The notes beneath the pieces are model-generated. The model was not told the origin of the DNA. It did no database searches and worked only from the letters and a program-made list of their open reading frames with translations. A DNA stretch of 63,580 bases, filler included, from Globobulimina sp. (taxonomy: Eukaryota), in assembly GCA_003354225.1 (NCBI GenBank). It is 48 parts of 48 records of this genome, joined end to end, with 100 filler letters (N's around TTAATTAATTAA, not from the genome) between each part and the next. Parts side by side here need not be neighbours in the genome. Positions count along the whole stretch, not along the records: positions 37,161 to 38,386 come from PIVH01020579.1; positions 38,487 to 39,712 come from PIVH01020580.1; positions 39,813 to 41,038 come from PIVH01020581.1; positions 41,139 to 42,364 come from PIVH01020582.1; positions 42,465 to 43,690 come from PIVH01020583.1; positions 43,791 to 45,016 come from PIVH01020584.1; positions 45,117 to 46,342 come from PIVH01020585.1; positions 46,443 to 47,668 come from PIVH01020586.1; 40 more parts are not named here. One strand, given 5' to 3'. Positions 37,626-50,449 of the stretch are shown piece after piece. Both the position numbers and the translations under genes were made by a program. The first letter of the stretch is position 1, and each line of letters starts with the position of its first letter.

Positions 37626-37684
37626 TTAAAATAACGCTCATAGCGCACAATTTTCCGACATGCAGTTAACTGGTCATTGCCATG

Positions 37685-38235
37685 GAAAGATAATCACTCC
37701 CATTGACCACCAATCTACTTTCTTATCATAACCTTTCTGATATAACACTTCAATGGCAATATAATCCGGTGTACCCACGGTGGAATAGATTTTTTTACGA
37801 TCCACCTTCACATTTTTACCACGCTTTTTATCTATTTTCGAGTCCTCTTTCTTCATTTTTTCAATATCCGAGGCCTGCACAAAAATATAAGATATTATAT
37901 ATATATATATCAATTATCAATAAACAAGAAACAATTTAGTATATACTTTGAGTGTAGCGACAAATTGCTGCCAATTTCCTAATTGTAAGTCATTACTGGA
38001 CTGGTATGCTTTGGTTAGAATGAAATCAGATAAACGGATATGTCCCGTATTGGATATCAAAACTTTATCAGGTGTAAGGTCACGAAGAACATATCCGAGG
38101 CCATGAACGTAATTAATAGCTGCGGCTAACTCAGACATATAAAATCGAGTATGCGACTCGGATAAAAGCCCGTTAAATCCCGTTAAATCCCCGCCACCGC
38201 AATATTCCATCACCCAATACATAGTCGAAGCATCC
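37685..38235 (-). pseudogene. NDR/AGC-family kinase fragment with degenerate catalytic motifs, intron 37875-37946
   Basis: [13 protein letters not shown]...VDWWSMGVI is intact, but HRD reads LRD, the catalytic-loop N reads K and DFG reads DFI; truncated at a junction. Confidence 0.75.
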
Positions 38236-38708
38236 TATGTAGTATGCCCATGTACAAAGGTTATGTTATTAATATATAACCACATTGTTGAGTTTTAACT
38301 ATTTTGATAATTTTAAGAGTTGAGTATTTTGATAATCGCAACAGTTGAGATTGATAATTTATTTTTTGAGTTGCGCGTTAGCGCAANNNNNNNNNNNNNN
38401 NNNNNNNNNNNNNNNNNNNNNNNNNNNNNNTTAATTAATTAANNNNNNNNNNNNNNNNNNNNNNNNNNNNNNNNNNNNNNNNNNNNCTCATCAAATTAAA
38501 AAAAATTATATTTATTTATTATACAAAAAAAAAAAGAAAAAACATTATTATATTTATTATTACATTTTAGGTCAATTATATTTTTTATTAAACTTATTCT
38601 CCCATTTCCATACCATTTCGTGTACAGTTGCATCCATAACTAACCGTAATGTACTTTGTATCGATTCTTCCTGTTTTATTCAATAAGTTTTAATATACGC
38701 AGTGTTTA

Positions 38709-39227
38709 CTAATCATAAAAAATAAGCTCAACTAATAATTTTATGGATTGATTATTAATTTTTCTTTCTTCTAATTTTAATTCTAATGCATCCAATTTCT
38801 TTTGTTGATAATCGAATTTCTTTTGTTGTTGGAACATTTTTTCTTCCCATCGATGCTGCATAGAAAGATTCATTTGATCCATCGATCGGGCCAGCATAGC
38901 AATGGATTGTTGATTATTTTGTGCAGACTGTCTGATCTCATTTGTTATTTGTGTTGTTGTGTAAAATGTGGACATTGAAATTATTGCGCATATTACAATG
39001 GTAAGTATTAATTGATATGTACATGTAGCAACTGCTTGTGATGGTGTTTGTGTGTCTTGTGATAGTGTTTGTCGTTGATGTGTCTGTGTTTGCTGTGGTT
39101 GGGTCTGTGTTTGTGCATGTTTTTGTTGTGTTTGTGCGTGTTTTTGTTGTGTCTGTTCATTGTTGCGAGATATGTATGGTGAAAGATCATAAAATGCTTC
39201 ATCACATACACTGTTCATCATCTTCAC
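38709..39227 (-). CDS. Hypothetical Gln-rich single-TM protein
   Basis: QQKHAQT repeats, one TM segment and a coiled coil. Confidence 0.5.
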   Translation of the reverse strand: MKMMNSVCDEAFYDLSPYISRNNEQTQQKHAQTQQKHAQTQTQPQQTQTHQRQTLSQDTQTPSQAVATCTYQLILTIVICAIISMSTFYTTTQITNEIRQSAQNNQQSIAMLARSMDQMNLSMQHRWEEKMFQQQKKFDYQQKKLDALELKLEERKINNQSIKLLVELIFYD

Positions 39228-40177
39228 TTTGTTTTTATTTATATACGAACGGAGAAGACAAATGAAAGTGATGTTTTGGGGTTTTCAAGCTTTGTGAAAC
39301 CAAGTATATTGCTTTTAGTTTGTGTTTCGATCATTCGATGTCGTGAGAAAAGATTATATTGTCCAAATTAAGGTGGTTATGTTTTGAATATGTTCTGAAT
39401 ATCATTTTGATCAATAATTTTTTTGTCAGGATTTGATCGGACATATTCAAATAATTTTTGTTTGATAGTATCAGTTCCTTTTAACATAATATCCAATGCA
39501 TCCAATGTCTGTTTGCGTGGCAACTTTGTGATTGAATCCGCGATCATTGCATCAGTAGAAAATGCTGCGGTTAATTGCTGTGATGGATTTATATTCAAAT
39601 CTGGTTCATTATTATTATTATTATTATTATTGTCATTATCCACATCCGCTTCAAATAACCACTTTAATTTATATTTATTATCAATCCGTTCCGCACAACT
39701 TTCACATTGACANNNNNNNNNNNNNNNNNNNNNNNNNNNNNNNNNNNNNNNNNNNNTTAATTAATTAANNNNNNNNNNNNNNNNNNNNNNNNNNNNNNNN
39801 NNNNNNNNNNNNGTGTTTCGATTATTCTGAACTCAAACAAACGTATAAATATTATATAGCTAATGATTTAGAGAGATATCCGCCGGCTCACCCTACAAAG
39901 AGACTTCTTGCCGTAATTACTGATTCATTTATTGTTGGATGTATTGTTGGCATTACTGGCTTTCCCATGATAGTTCGGATTGGAATGATATTGTTGACAG
40001 CAAAATGTGCAATGTTTTTTACATTCATTCTTGCATTGAATACGATCGTTAATATTAATATAAATAAAAAAGATCGTATTTAATTCAAGCATATTAATGT
40101 AATATTAATTAAACATTAATGATTATAGATTATAATCAGCAGTCACCAGGCTTTATGATCTTTGGTTTACGAGGGAT

Positions 40178-40426
40178 TTATGTTGAAAATGAAAATGCAA
40201 ATAAAAATAATGATGTGACTAATACACGGGAGTAGGCAGACGATTTAGTGGTCGATATTGTTGATGATTCAGTTTGAATCGAAGATTTAAACCATCGCTT
40301 GTGAATGTATCTATTCATGTGTTTGTATCCAATAGTTTTATGGTATGAGTTGAGATATAATCTATTTTGACAAATTTTGTAAGCACTGATAACTCGTGAT
40401 CTGGCACATCTGCAATTTGAATGCAT
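40178..40426 (-). CDS. Probable first exon of a mitochondrion-targeted protein
   Basis: Arg/Lys-rich, acid-poor N-terminus ending KRWFKSS; divergent from MAT1. Confidence 0.35.
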   Translation of the reverse strand: MHSNCRCARSRVISAYKICQNRLYLNSYHKTIGYKHMNRYIHKRWFKSSIQTESSTISTTKSSAYSRVLVTSLFLFAFSFST

Positions 40427-40494
40427 GTCAAATCCAATTGTGAAAACTTTTATATCCTTACACTTTAGTCTTCAGCCATGGGCAAGAATTAATT

Positions 40495-41038
40495 ATGCAA
40501 AATTTTGATGAAATTCAAGAATGTCCACATTGTCATACAAACAAAGAACTTAAAGCAGATTTACAATTTTTATTTTCAGAATGCTGTGGGTACGCATTAT
40601 GTGAATCGTGTACCTCGCAAATATTTAGTAAAAACGCATCATTGCGGTGTCCAAACTGTAATGAAACAGTCAATAAAAAGAAATACTCCAAACATAGATT
40701 AAGTACACAACAATTTCAAAATGAAGTATCAAAACGAACACAAATTCATCAAGCATGTAATTTGCGGAGAGATGATTTTAAAGCAAACAAAGAATATAAT
40801 GATTATTTGGAATTTGTGGAGGATTTAATTTATGATTTGTCGCATGGCACTGGTGAGCAACGAAAAAAAGCGGAACAAAGTTTCAAAGATTGGAAACTTA
40901 AAAATCAGCTAAAAATTGACAAAAACAGAGACAAGGAATACGAGGAACAAATGGCAAAAGTAAATAACAGTTATAACAAAAATAATAATAACAACGAGCT
41001 GGATGATACCGATAGCGATAAGAAAATGGGAATGAATA
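40495..41038 (+). CDS. MNAT1: CDK-activating kinase assembly factor MAT1 (Tfb3), 3'-truncated
   Basis: N-terminal RING finger, then NLRRDDF...EYNDYLEFVEDLIYDL. Confidence 0.92.
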
Positions 41039-41462
41039 NNNNNNNNNNNNNNNNNNNNNNNNNNNNNNNNNNNNNNNNNNNNTTAATTAATTAANNNNNN
41101 NNNNNNNNNNNNNNNNNNNNNNNNNNNNNNNNNNNNNNTAAATCATTATAATTGAATTCATCATATTAATTGGCTGCTGCTTTGATTTTCTTTGGATGAT
41201 TCGACAAAGAAATCAGTACACAGATGATTCACATGAACAAATCTGCTGCTGTCTAAAGTTTTTTTTTATTTCCTACATTTTTGAGACCTCTCAACTCAAC
41301 AATGCAAACAAAAAATTAGTCTCAGATAGTTTGTTTATGGGGCAGGTGATCGATACCAAAATATAGTTTGGCATTAATATATTAATTGATAGTGTTCGTG
41401 TTTTGTTTTACATTTATTTTTCATTTGTTTTAAATTGGTTGCTGTATTTTTCTAAGTTTCTA

Positions 41463-42160
41463 TCATTTTAATGTTGCTTTTTTTATTCGAAAGGCAATGG
41501 GAAGATCATCATCATCTGACTCAGAATCCGAATCAGAATCGGAATTAGAATTTGATTCACTTTTATTACCGCTCTCATTATTTTCAATATGAATATGATA
41601 GAAAGTGTCTTTGTTTGTGATTGATCGAATATTTTGCAATTGATTCCGTACATATTGTGCATATACAATGGCACTATTTGATTTTTTACAAATATTAAGT
41701 TCACACTCTGCACTCATATCCATTAATAATTCTTCATTCTTTTGTTTATTGTTGGCATGATTTTCCTTAATAATTTGAAATAGTTTTGAGAGTGCACGTT
41801 TTCTCGTATCCAATGTTAATTGCTTTATATTTATTGTTAATTCAATGTTTTTTACATTTCCTGTATAGTTTTTACATTCATCTCTCAATTTAAATATCCT
41901 CTCTCTTTCTTTATTACAATCACTATTTCCACTGTCTTTTAACTCTTCCTCTTCTTCTTCTAATTCACACAAATCATTTAACATTCTCATCATTCCTTTG
42001 CCAGTTTTTTCATAATTTTCATGTTTGTTTAAATTCCCCAGTTTTTTATCAATTTCATTATATTTTTGTTTATTTTGATTCAATAGTAATAATTGATCTT
42101 TTTTACTAAATACTTTTGTGTGTTCATCATTAAATGATTCAAAATGTAGCTTTTCCTTAA
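41463..42160 (-). CDS. Hypothetical protein, last exon
   Basis: Open frame of over 200 aa with an acidic tail ending DDDDLPI. Confidence 0.5.
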
Positions 42161-42497
42161 AATATTGTTGAATTTTTTAATAATATTATGTTGTAATAGA
42201 AATCATACAGATATTTGTTTTCTGGTTAATTGTGTTCGTTGATTTGTTGGCACAAAATTGTGACTGCTACAATGATGATTGTATTTCATTCGTTTTGATG
42301 ATGAATTATTATCTCTGTTATTTGATTCACTAAATCGTCTTTTTTTGTCCCTGTTTGCCATCACNNNNNNNNNNNNNNNNNNNNNNNNNNNNNNNNNNNN
42401 NNNNNNNNTTAATTAATTAANNNNNNNNNNNNNNNNNNNNNNNNNNNNNNNNNNNNNNNNNNNNGAAAGTTTTTTATCTGGATTGTATTTTGTGGCT

Positions 42498-43406
42498 ATG
42501 AGTAATTTAGAAGCAAAAGATTCTACAGGAGTTTCGAATGAAGAAGAAAAACATGAACAGTCGATGGGTTTGCAATATGGACAAGTTTCATTGCTTGATT
42601 TTTATAATATTTTACAACAAGCCATTGCATTGTATGATATCCGGACAAAAGATAAGTTCAAAAGATCACATGTTAAACATGCACAAAACCTAACAGTCCT
42701 AACTGATCCATCCAATTTGAAACGATTTAAATCAAATAAATACTTATTTTTTTCAATTGTAATCTATGGAGATAATGAAAGTAATACTAGAGAAAGATTG
42801 GAATGTTTATACAAAATTGCACAATCACAAGATAAAAAGGATAAATTTTATGTTTTTGATGGTGTTTATAATGATTTCTACGATAAATACAACTTTTTAT
42901 GTGTTGACGAAGAGTCAAAAGAAACGTCATTCGTTGAATATCCAGCAATGTTATTGCAGGATGAATTATTTATTGGTGATGCAAATATGGCCCAAAATAA
43001 TGAGATTATGGCAAATCTACAAATAACACATATTGTTAATGTCAGTTCTTTTTTGAATGAAAACATTGATAAAGAAATTAAATATTATCAGATTAAAATT
43101 TATGACGATGGATCAGAGAAAATAATGAATTATTTTGATAAAGTGTATGAATTTATTAACAATGATAATGTCAACAATAAAAATAAAAATAGAAAGAATA
43201 AAGTTTTTGTTCATTGCATGATGGGAATTAGTCGGAGCAGTACAATATGCATTGCATATTTAATGAAATCAAAAAAGTATTCATTGGATGAGGCATATTT
43301 ATTGGTCAGAAAAGCTAGACCTCAAATTCAACCAAACGGTGGATTTTGGGATCAACTCAGTAAATATGAGCAGCAAATTCAACAACATAAAATCACCAAG
43401 AAATGA
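42498..43406 (+). CDS. Rhodanese plus dual-specificity phosphatase (MKP-like)
   Basis: YDIR...FKRSHVKHA rhodanese-like motif; VHCMMGISRS; RPQIQPNGGF. Confidence 0.93.
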   Translation: MSNLEAKDSTGVSNEEEKHEQSMGLQYGQVSLLDFYNILQQAIALYDIRTKDKFKRSHVKHAQNLTVLTDPSNLKRFKSNKYLFFSIVIYGDNESNTRERLECLYKIAQSQDKKDKFYVFDGVYNDFYDKYNFLCVDEESKETSFVEYPAMLLQDELFIGDANMAQNNEIMANLQITHIVNVSSFLNENIDKEIKYYQIKIYDDGSEKIMNYFDKVYEFINNDNVNNKNKNRKNKVFVHCMMGISRSSTICIAYLMKSKKYSLDEAYLLVRKARPQIQPNGGFWDQLSKYEQQIQQHKITKK

Positions 43407-44883
43407 CTAATAAATATATTTTCAACCAAAACTTTCCTACAGCCAATGTCACTATGTTCACATCGAAATTTATATTTGAAATGAGCGAATAATTGAATTG
43501 TTTGAGAGTCGCCCGCGTTTTTTCTTCTTTTCTGCCAGTTTCAGATTGTATGCATTTGTATCGTATGCTGGCTCGTCATTTCACTGCAGTCACTATTGAG
43601 CTAATTTTCATTGTGGTGATCGGACTTCAACTTTTGGAGTAAATTAGCTCACTAGTTGTGTCTGCAGTGTCGACGGTCAAGAACTGGAAANNNNNNNNNN
43701 NNNNNNNNNNNNNNNNNNNNNNNNNNNNNNNNNNTTAATTAATTAANNNNNNNNNNNNNNNNNNNNNNNNNNNNNNNNNNNNNNNNNNNNAAATTGCCTA
43801 TTTGATAATATTTAACAATAATTCCAATTGGTACCCGTTCCCCCTCTCATTTCATACGACATGTGATTGGCTATTTTGATTTTGAGGTGGCATCCATTGA
43901 AAATATTCATTATAAATGCTCCATGCTCGACCTTCCCATGGATTCACGGGTTGTAATAATACAGTTCTTTACAAATCAAAAACTTTTCACCTCTTCTCTC
44001 TCAAATGTTTAATTTCAGTCTTCTGCCATGGAATGGATATTGGTTATAAAATGGGTAAAATAAACGCAAAAAGTGTCCTCTATAGAGGAAGCAACGTTGT
44101 TGATCCTTCTGTCGGATCCAATACGTCCATTGTTCAACCCCTAAAATAGGTTCAGCATTATTTACGGCCAATCGCTGCCTATGTTGTGGATATAGTTTTT
44201 AAAAGGCACTTTTTGTGGGACATTTGATGCTATTTGGTTTATTTCAGCGTGTGTTGCAAAAACAAAACGAAATTTTTATTAACTTTTGAATTATAAAATA
44301 TACAGAAAGTGGCATTCGCACAATCAGGGAACTAAATAAAATGTAGGCAAGAAAGAAGACTCTATTTCAGTGTATGTCTATAAAAACAAACTAATTCACA
44401 TTAATTTTTCAATTTTTAAAATATACAGAAATATAATTAATTATAGTTATTTGGAGAAAGAAAGAAAGAAGAATTCATGTGCCGCTCGTTATGATTTGCT
44501 TATTGGTCGAATGGTTTGTTTCGTTCATTAATTTGCTTATAATCCAAACCTAATTCTAATCATTATATTCTATAATCCAAACCATTTAAATGCACCAAGC
44601 TGAAAAACATAGTCAAAAAAAAAAGTTTGTTCAAGTCATCATGGCTGCTCTTAAGATCTTGACTGTGAATATTATAATTTATAAATAGCGCCGAACAGAA
44701 TGTCTCAAAATATCTTGCGAATTTGCCTGGAACCGCAGACATCGTGGAATTAATTCTAAAAAAATGTTCAAAATCAAATCCGATTGGAATCGAATCGCAC
44801 CGAATCGGGACTCGATTGCAAAAGGAATCTACGAAAATATATTTGCTGACTGCACACCATTGGAAATATGAATGATTTTGGCA

Positions 44884-45016
44884 TTGCCCACAACTACCTT
44901 CAACTGGAAATTCCTCGCTTCCTTAATGGATTTACCGCCGTTAATACGCAACATCGGCTTCATCGGACACTTACATCATGGAAAGACATCCTTTATCGAC
45001 ATGTTAGTGAAACAAA
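44884..45016 (+). CDS. EFTUD2: U5 snRNP GTPase Snu114 fragment
   Basis: PTTTFNWKFLASLMDLPPLIRNIGFIGHLHHGKTSFIDMLV. Confidence 0.88.
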
Positions 45017-45376
45017 NNNNNNNNNNNNNNNNNNNNNNNNNNNNNNNNNNNNNNNNNNNNTTAATTAATTAANNNNNNNNNNNNNNNNNNNNNNNNNNNN
45101 NNNNNNNNNNNNNNNNTTTTTTTGCTTTATCGTAAAAATCTATTTTCTAAGGGAAAAATCCCGTAATTCACTGAGGCCATTAAAACAAAAATAAAAAAAA
45201 AAGAAAAAAAAGTATGATATGCACAGGATAGTCAGACAATATCTAGGGAGGCCAAATTCGTTCACACACATCCCATGATGGGTAAAAATCCTAATACTCC
45301 CGTATTCATAGAGCAACGTTTTTTTTGTTTTTTTTCATTTTTGTTTTAAGAGCCTCAGTTACTAAAAGCTCTAATC

Positions 45377-45877
45377 ATGAGTGCAGAGGGGTTAATGTGG
45401 TATTTTTATGTTGTATTAATACTTTATATCGTATCATCTGTCATATTTCTGGTTTATATGGCAAAAAATGAATCAAATCACATAAATAAAAATGAATTGT
45501 TGAATAAATTTCTTTCTTTTTCTTTAATTATTTTAACTTTACCAATGGAATTTGCAATTGCTGTAATCATTTGGAGTGATAAAAAAGGATCATGAGATGT
45601 ATTGAGTTATGATGGTGTTATATCATTATTCAGTACAAAATCAGAATATTGGTTAATTGGAATATGGGGTGAAACAATAATATGTGCAATGATGATTGTT
45701 GTGTTAATTGTCTATGATGCAGTCTCCAATTCATTCAAATTATGGTTTTCCATTCCAGTGTTGCTGCTTGTAATCCCTTGTCAGGCATTTGCATTGATTC
45801 CGCATATCATCATTCGAACAACGTTGCTATTTTGCTGCAAAAAAACATCAAACTATAAATTAACGAAAAAGATATAA
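45377..45877 (+). CDS. Small four-TM hypothetical protein with an in-frame TGA (45593-45595)
   Basis: Two hydrophobic ORFs in the same frame, separated only by TGA. Confidence 0.55.
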
Positions 45878-46442
45878 TTTTCATATTAACAAAGTATTGT
45901 ATTAAATATCTAAGTGAGTGTTGAGGACTGAGTGTCCAAAGTTGATTCTTTTATTTTTGTTATTTTGTTACATATATTTATTTCCTGTGTGGTTTCTTTT
46001 CTTTTTTGTGTTGTGTACACACCATTGCTAAACATTGTGTTTTTTTACACATGTTTATGTTAAATTAATCGAATCTAATCTAATCTAAAGAGCCTCAGTT
46101 ATATTAATACTTATGCGACTTAATAACGAGTACAACAAACAAGCTGAAATCTATTAAAAAATGGTGGGCTTAGTTATTTTTTGTCCATTTACACCATTTA
46201 TCATAAAAATATATTGATTTTGAGTGGCATTTCCTAACATTTTCATCTTTGATACCTGATAATTGTTTACATTTCAATAAATCTTTAATGGTTATTTTAT
46301 AGTGAACATCGTCATCATCATCTATATCATCATCAGTGTCCTNNNNNNNNNNNNNNNNNNNNNNNNNNNNNNNNNNNNNNNNNNNNTTAATTAATTAANN
46401 NNNNNNNNNNNNNNNNNNNNNNNNNNNNNNNNNNNNNNNNNN

Positions 46443-47668
46443 ACAAGTGTGTTGATAATGATATGCGTAGTTTGCCATCATATGTTGCGGATTTATTTAC
46501 ATATTGGTGCCTGCAAAGAGAATTTGTAACATTTGAGACCTTCCAAACAGAAAAGAATTACATGAACAACAAATTGAAAAAGTTCTTTTTTTATAAAAAA
46601 ACAGATGCGATAAATATAAAGAATGTGATTAAATTATTACCGAATTTGAAACATTTTTATAATATAAATGGAGAATTAGAGTTTGTGGATGATTTGCCAG
46701 TAAACAATGAACAAAGACTGAATTTGGTTGAGAATGATAACATCAATGAAGGATTCCGGTTGCTGTATAACTGCCAACCACATGACATACCATACATTGT
46801 TGCAGACGCCATGGCTGGAATACGTTTTGATTTTAATAAATGTAAAGGTGTTTTGAAGGAATCCTTTAAAATAAAAATATCAAAATTAAGTATCGAACCT
46901 GTATTATTTATTAAAAATGATAAATATTTAAATGTTCAATTCAGTAATATTGGCATGGATGGAATTGTTGAAGCTGTGAGAAATAAAATAAATGAAGAAA
47001 CAGAGACAGATATAATAATTGATATGATAATGACTGAATTAACAAATCGCAAATTCGAGTATAGTATTTGTGATATAGTTACTCAAAAAAGAGCATTTGT
47101 AAATTTATTTTCAACACAATTAATGATGTTTGAGCAAGAAATATTAAAACGTGAAAAAGTAGAAATTAATAATTTGTATCAAATAGCAATGAAAACAGCA
47201 ATATTTGATGAGAATACTGCGTCGCAATTAGCAAAGTATTTATATGTGAAAATGTTGGATGAAAAACAAAGAATTAAACCATGGAAATGTAAAAATTGTG
47301 ATTTTTTTAATTGTAAGTTAATGGTAAATGGTTTATGGAGACTCTATAATCAATTAAATAAATGCGGTTTGTGTGGACATAAAAGATATGAAAAGATTGA
47401 TGCGCAATCACAGCATATTAAAAAGGAAAAACCATATCATATTAAACCAACACTTTATCAGAAATTAGATAAAAACATTGCAAAAATACCAACAATAATT
47501 TCAGAGCAATTAGCAGAAATCTATGATTCCGATTGTATTTTAAATACGAAAGCAATTATAAATGTATCAAATTCACAAATTATATATTTGATACAAAATT
47601 ATTTTATTCAAACAGCAGGAAAATTGAATAATTATAAGGAGAAAATCGTAGCATACTTTAAAGTGCGT
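46443..47668 (+). CDS. Hypothetical protein with a Zn-ribbon, partial
   Basis: Open frame of about 400 aa; WKCKNC..N...CGLCG. Confidence 0.65.
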
Positions 47669-47768
47669 NNNNNNNNNNNNNNNNNNNNNNNNNNNNNNNN
47701 NNNNNNNNNNNNTTAATTAATTAANNNNNNNNNNNNNNNNNNNNNNNNNNNNNNNNNNNNNNNNNNNN

Positions 47769-48994
47769 GCTGCATCTTTTTTCTCTTCGTCCTTCATCGA
47801 CGAATACTCATTGAACTCTTCTTGCAACTTTGCATTCGACTCATTAATCCCTCTGAAAACCTTCAAAAACTGCCTGCTGTCATCTTCATTGTGCAGCCGC
47901 GGGAAAAAGCCGTTTTGCGCTTGGAACTCCAACGCCGTGGCATACAACAAATGGATCAATTTGCCAGCACCTTGTTCCCACGCACCTTGATCGGGATGCT
48001 GTGGCCCAAAAAATGCAGCCAAGCCTTCCGTGGCCGGCACAGTCAGCGTATCCACGAAGGGACGGAACTTGTACTCCCGCGAAGGCTTCACTTCGTTGAC
48101 CAAGCCGCCCGTCTTCCAGGTCGACAATTGCTTGCCGGCCAAGCTAGTTTGGCTCAAATCCAGTCGCAATTTCTCAAAAACCTGTTTTTCGCGAGGCTCG
48201 ATGCGGCCGTCCGGTCGTTTATAATCGTATTTGTAATATATGCGTTTCACGCGGAGCCCGGGCAAATTGTTTAGTTTCTCGATGTAAACGGCATCGTCGG
48301 TTTCCATGGCGATTTGAGCCTCGTCTGGCACGCCTTCGATGTCTTCGATTAATATGGAATCGCCGTCATCGAAGCCATGGCGTTTGGCGGCTACGGTGAT
48401 GATGCCGTCCTCATTGAGGTCGTCAATGACTAAGACTCGCGTTGGTTCGCCGTCGGCGTCGGTCACAGTGTGGGAGGCCCCGAAATCGCTGAAAAAATGC
48501 GCGGTTATGCCGTGGGTCACGGCCAAGATGAATATGCCTGGCGTGGATTTGCCATCTGCGTTCTGTGTGATTTGCAGTTTGAAACCGAAGTTGTGTATAT
48601 TTTTTAGTTTCGAACTAGAAAAAAATGATTTTTTTTTCATGCATAGTTTTTTTTTTTAGTTTGAAACTGAAATTGGATATGCATGAAATATCAGAAATGA
48701 TTTTTTTTCAGTTTGAAACTGAATGAATGTGCGATTTTGCGCCACGGTGAATCGCACTGAACTGTTCTGGATCGACATAATTGATTGATACGATTTAATT
48801 CATTTCGAGGCAACGTTTGAGTGATAACCACAGCGCCGAATGATTGGATGAAATCATCTTTTAACTCGCCAGAGACCGCTGTTACATCGCAATATGGATT
48901 TAACTCTGCTAATATTTTGGTGCACGCTTCAGATCGCGTACATTGACCAACATGTTTTTGAGATAAATAAAAATTTGCGCCCAAATCTGCAATG
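47769..48994 (-). CDS. UBA1: Ubiquitin-activating enzyme E1, partial, intron 48563-48762
   Basis: DLGANFYL...LAELNPY, FSDFG..HTVTDADGE, RHGFDDGD, GGLVNEVK. Confidence 0.9.
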
Positions 48995-49094
48995 NNNNNN
49001 NNNNNNNNNNNNNNNNNNNNNNNNNNNNNNNNNNNNNNTTAATTAATTAANNNNNNNNNNNNNNNNNNNNNNNNNNNNNNNNNNNNNNNNNNNN

Positions 49095-49636
49095 AACAAC
49101 AGATCTGTTATTTTAACAACCCATTCAATGGAAGAGGAATGTATTTCAAATACATATAAAACATACAATATATAACATAATATAATATAATATACAATAT
49201 ACAGTGTGAAGCATTATGTAATCGCATCGGTATTATGGTTAATGGACAGATTCAATGTATTGGAAATAACCAGCATTTAAAAACAAGATTTGGAAAAGGA
49301 TATCAATTGGATTTAGATTTATGTTTTGATCATGTTGATGATGATGATAAAGAGCATTGTAATATTATTGAATCAATACAAAATAAATTAAAACAAGAAT
49401 TTGGAGAAATTAAATTAATCGAACATAATTCAAATAGAATATCATATCAATTATTGGGTTCTGATGAGAATAATAAGGCTATGCGATTAGGTCCAATGTT
49501 TAATGTATTACAGGATATGAAAAATAATGAATTTAAAGATATTATTGATTCATACGGATTATCGCAGACCACTTTGGAACAGGTGTTTTTAAGGATGGCC
49601 AAAAAAGGTAATGAAATGAAACAAAATGAACTGTGA
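49095..49636 (+). CDS. ABCA-family transporter C-terminus, intron about 49137-49204
   Basis: SVILTTHSMEE / CEALCNRIGIMVNG, HLKTRFGKGY, SQTTLEQVF. Confidence 0.92.
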
Positions 49637-50201
49637 CCATTATTCCATGAATGAATTCAAAATAATTTATGTAACATGATCTTACCTCATGTACTATGAC
49701 TGTTTGATTTTGTAATATACATTTATATCGGTTTACAACTTTATATTTATTTTTTTCAGAAACATCATAACCAACCAACATTTGAAAACTCTGAAAATTT
49801 TGGATCTTTTTTGAATTCTTCTCTACTCATAAACCTATAACAAACGTATACAAAAGTATACAAACTAACTCTCGAAACACCATTCTTTAGTCCGAACACG
49901 TACAACACACAATTAATTTGACGTAGATTGTATGTGTTTAGCATTAGTACATGGAACTAAAATCTCGAATTAAATTATATATTTTCACGTGAATCTATTG
50001 ATTACGTTCAAGTGTGGATCGTACTGTAACACCGTGAATTAGAAAAATCATTGTTTTTTCAGTGAAAAACATACTTTTCATCGAAAATACACAGTTTGCA
50101 TTTAAATGGCACTGATTTTACATTGAAAAACATGCTTTTTGATGCAAAAGTGCGTTAATTGGAAATATTAATAGCAACTAATATGACAAATAATCTTCGA
50201 A

Positions 50202-50247
50202 GTACAGTAGTGTTCCCGATAAGAGGTACGCATATTAGTACTAATAT
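50202..50247 (+). mobile_element. Second copy of the Tc1/pogo-like terminal repeat
   Basis: Matches the reverse complement of 4033-4077. Confidence 0.7.
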
Positions 50248-50449
50248 ATATATTAGTTGTACTAATATATTTATAGAATGGAGCACATGTCACGCATTTT
50301 TTTACTAATATATAATATATNNNNNNNNNNNNNNNNNNNNNNNNNNNNNNNNNNNNNNNNNNNNTTAATTAATTAANNNNNNNNNNNNNNNNNNNNNNNN
50401 NNNNNNNNNNNNNNNNNNNNTCTATTTCCATTCATTTTGTAACTAACAG

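Noticed and set aside
17290-41038. TFB5 and MAT1 as a TFIIH gene cluster
   Set aside because: They are on different contigs; co-occurrence reflects sorting by contig length.
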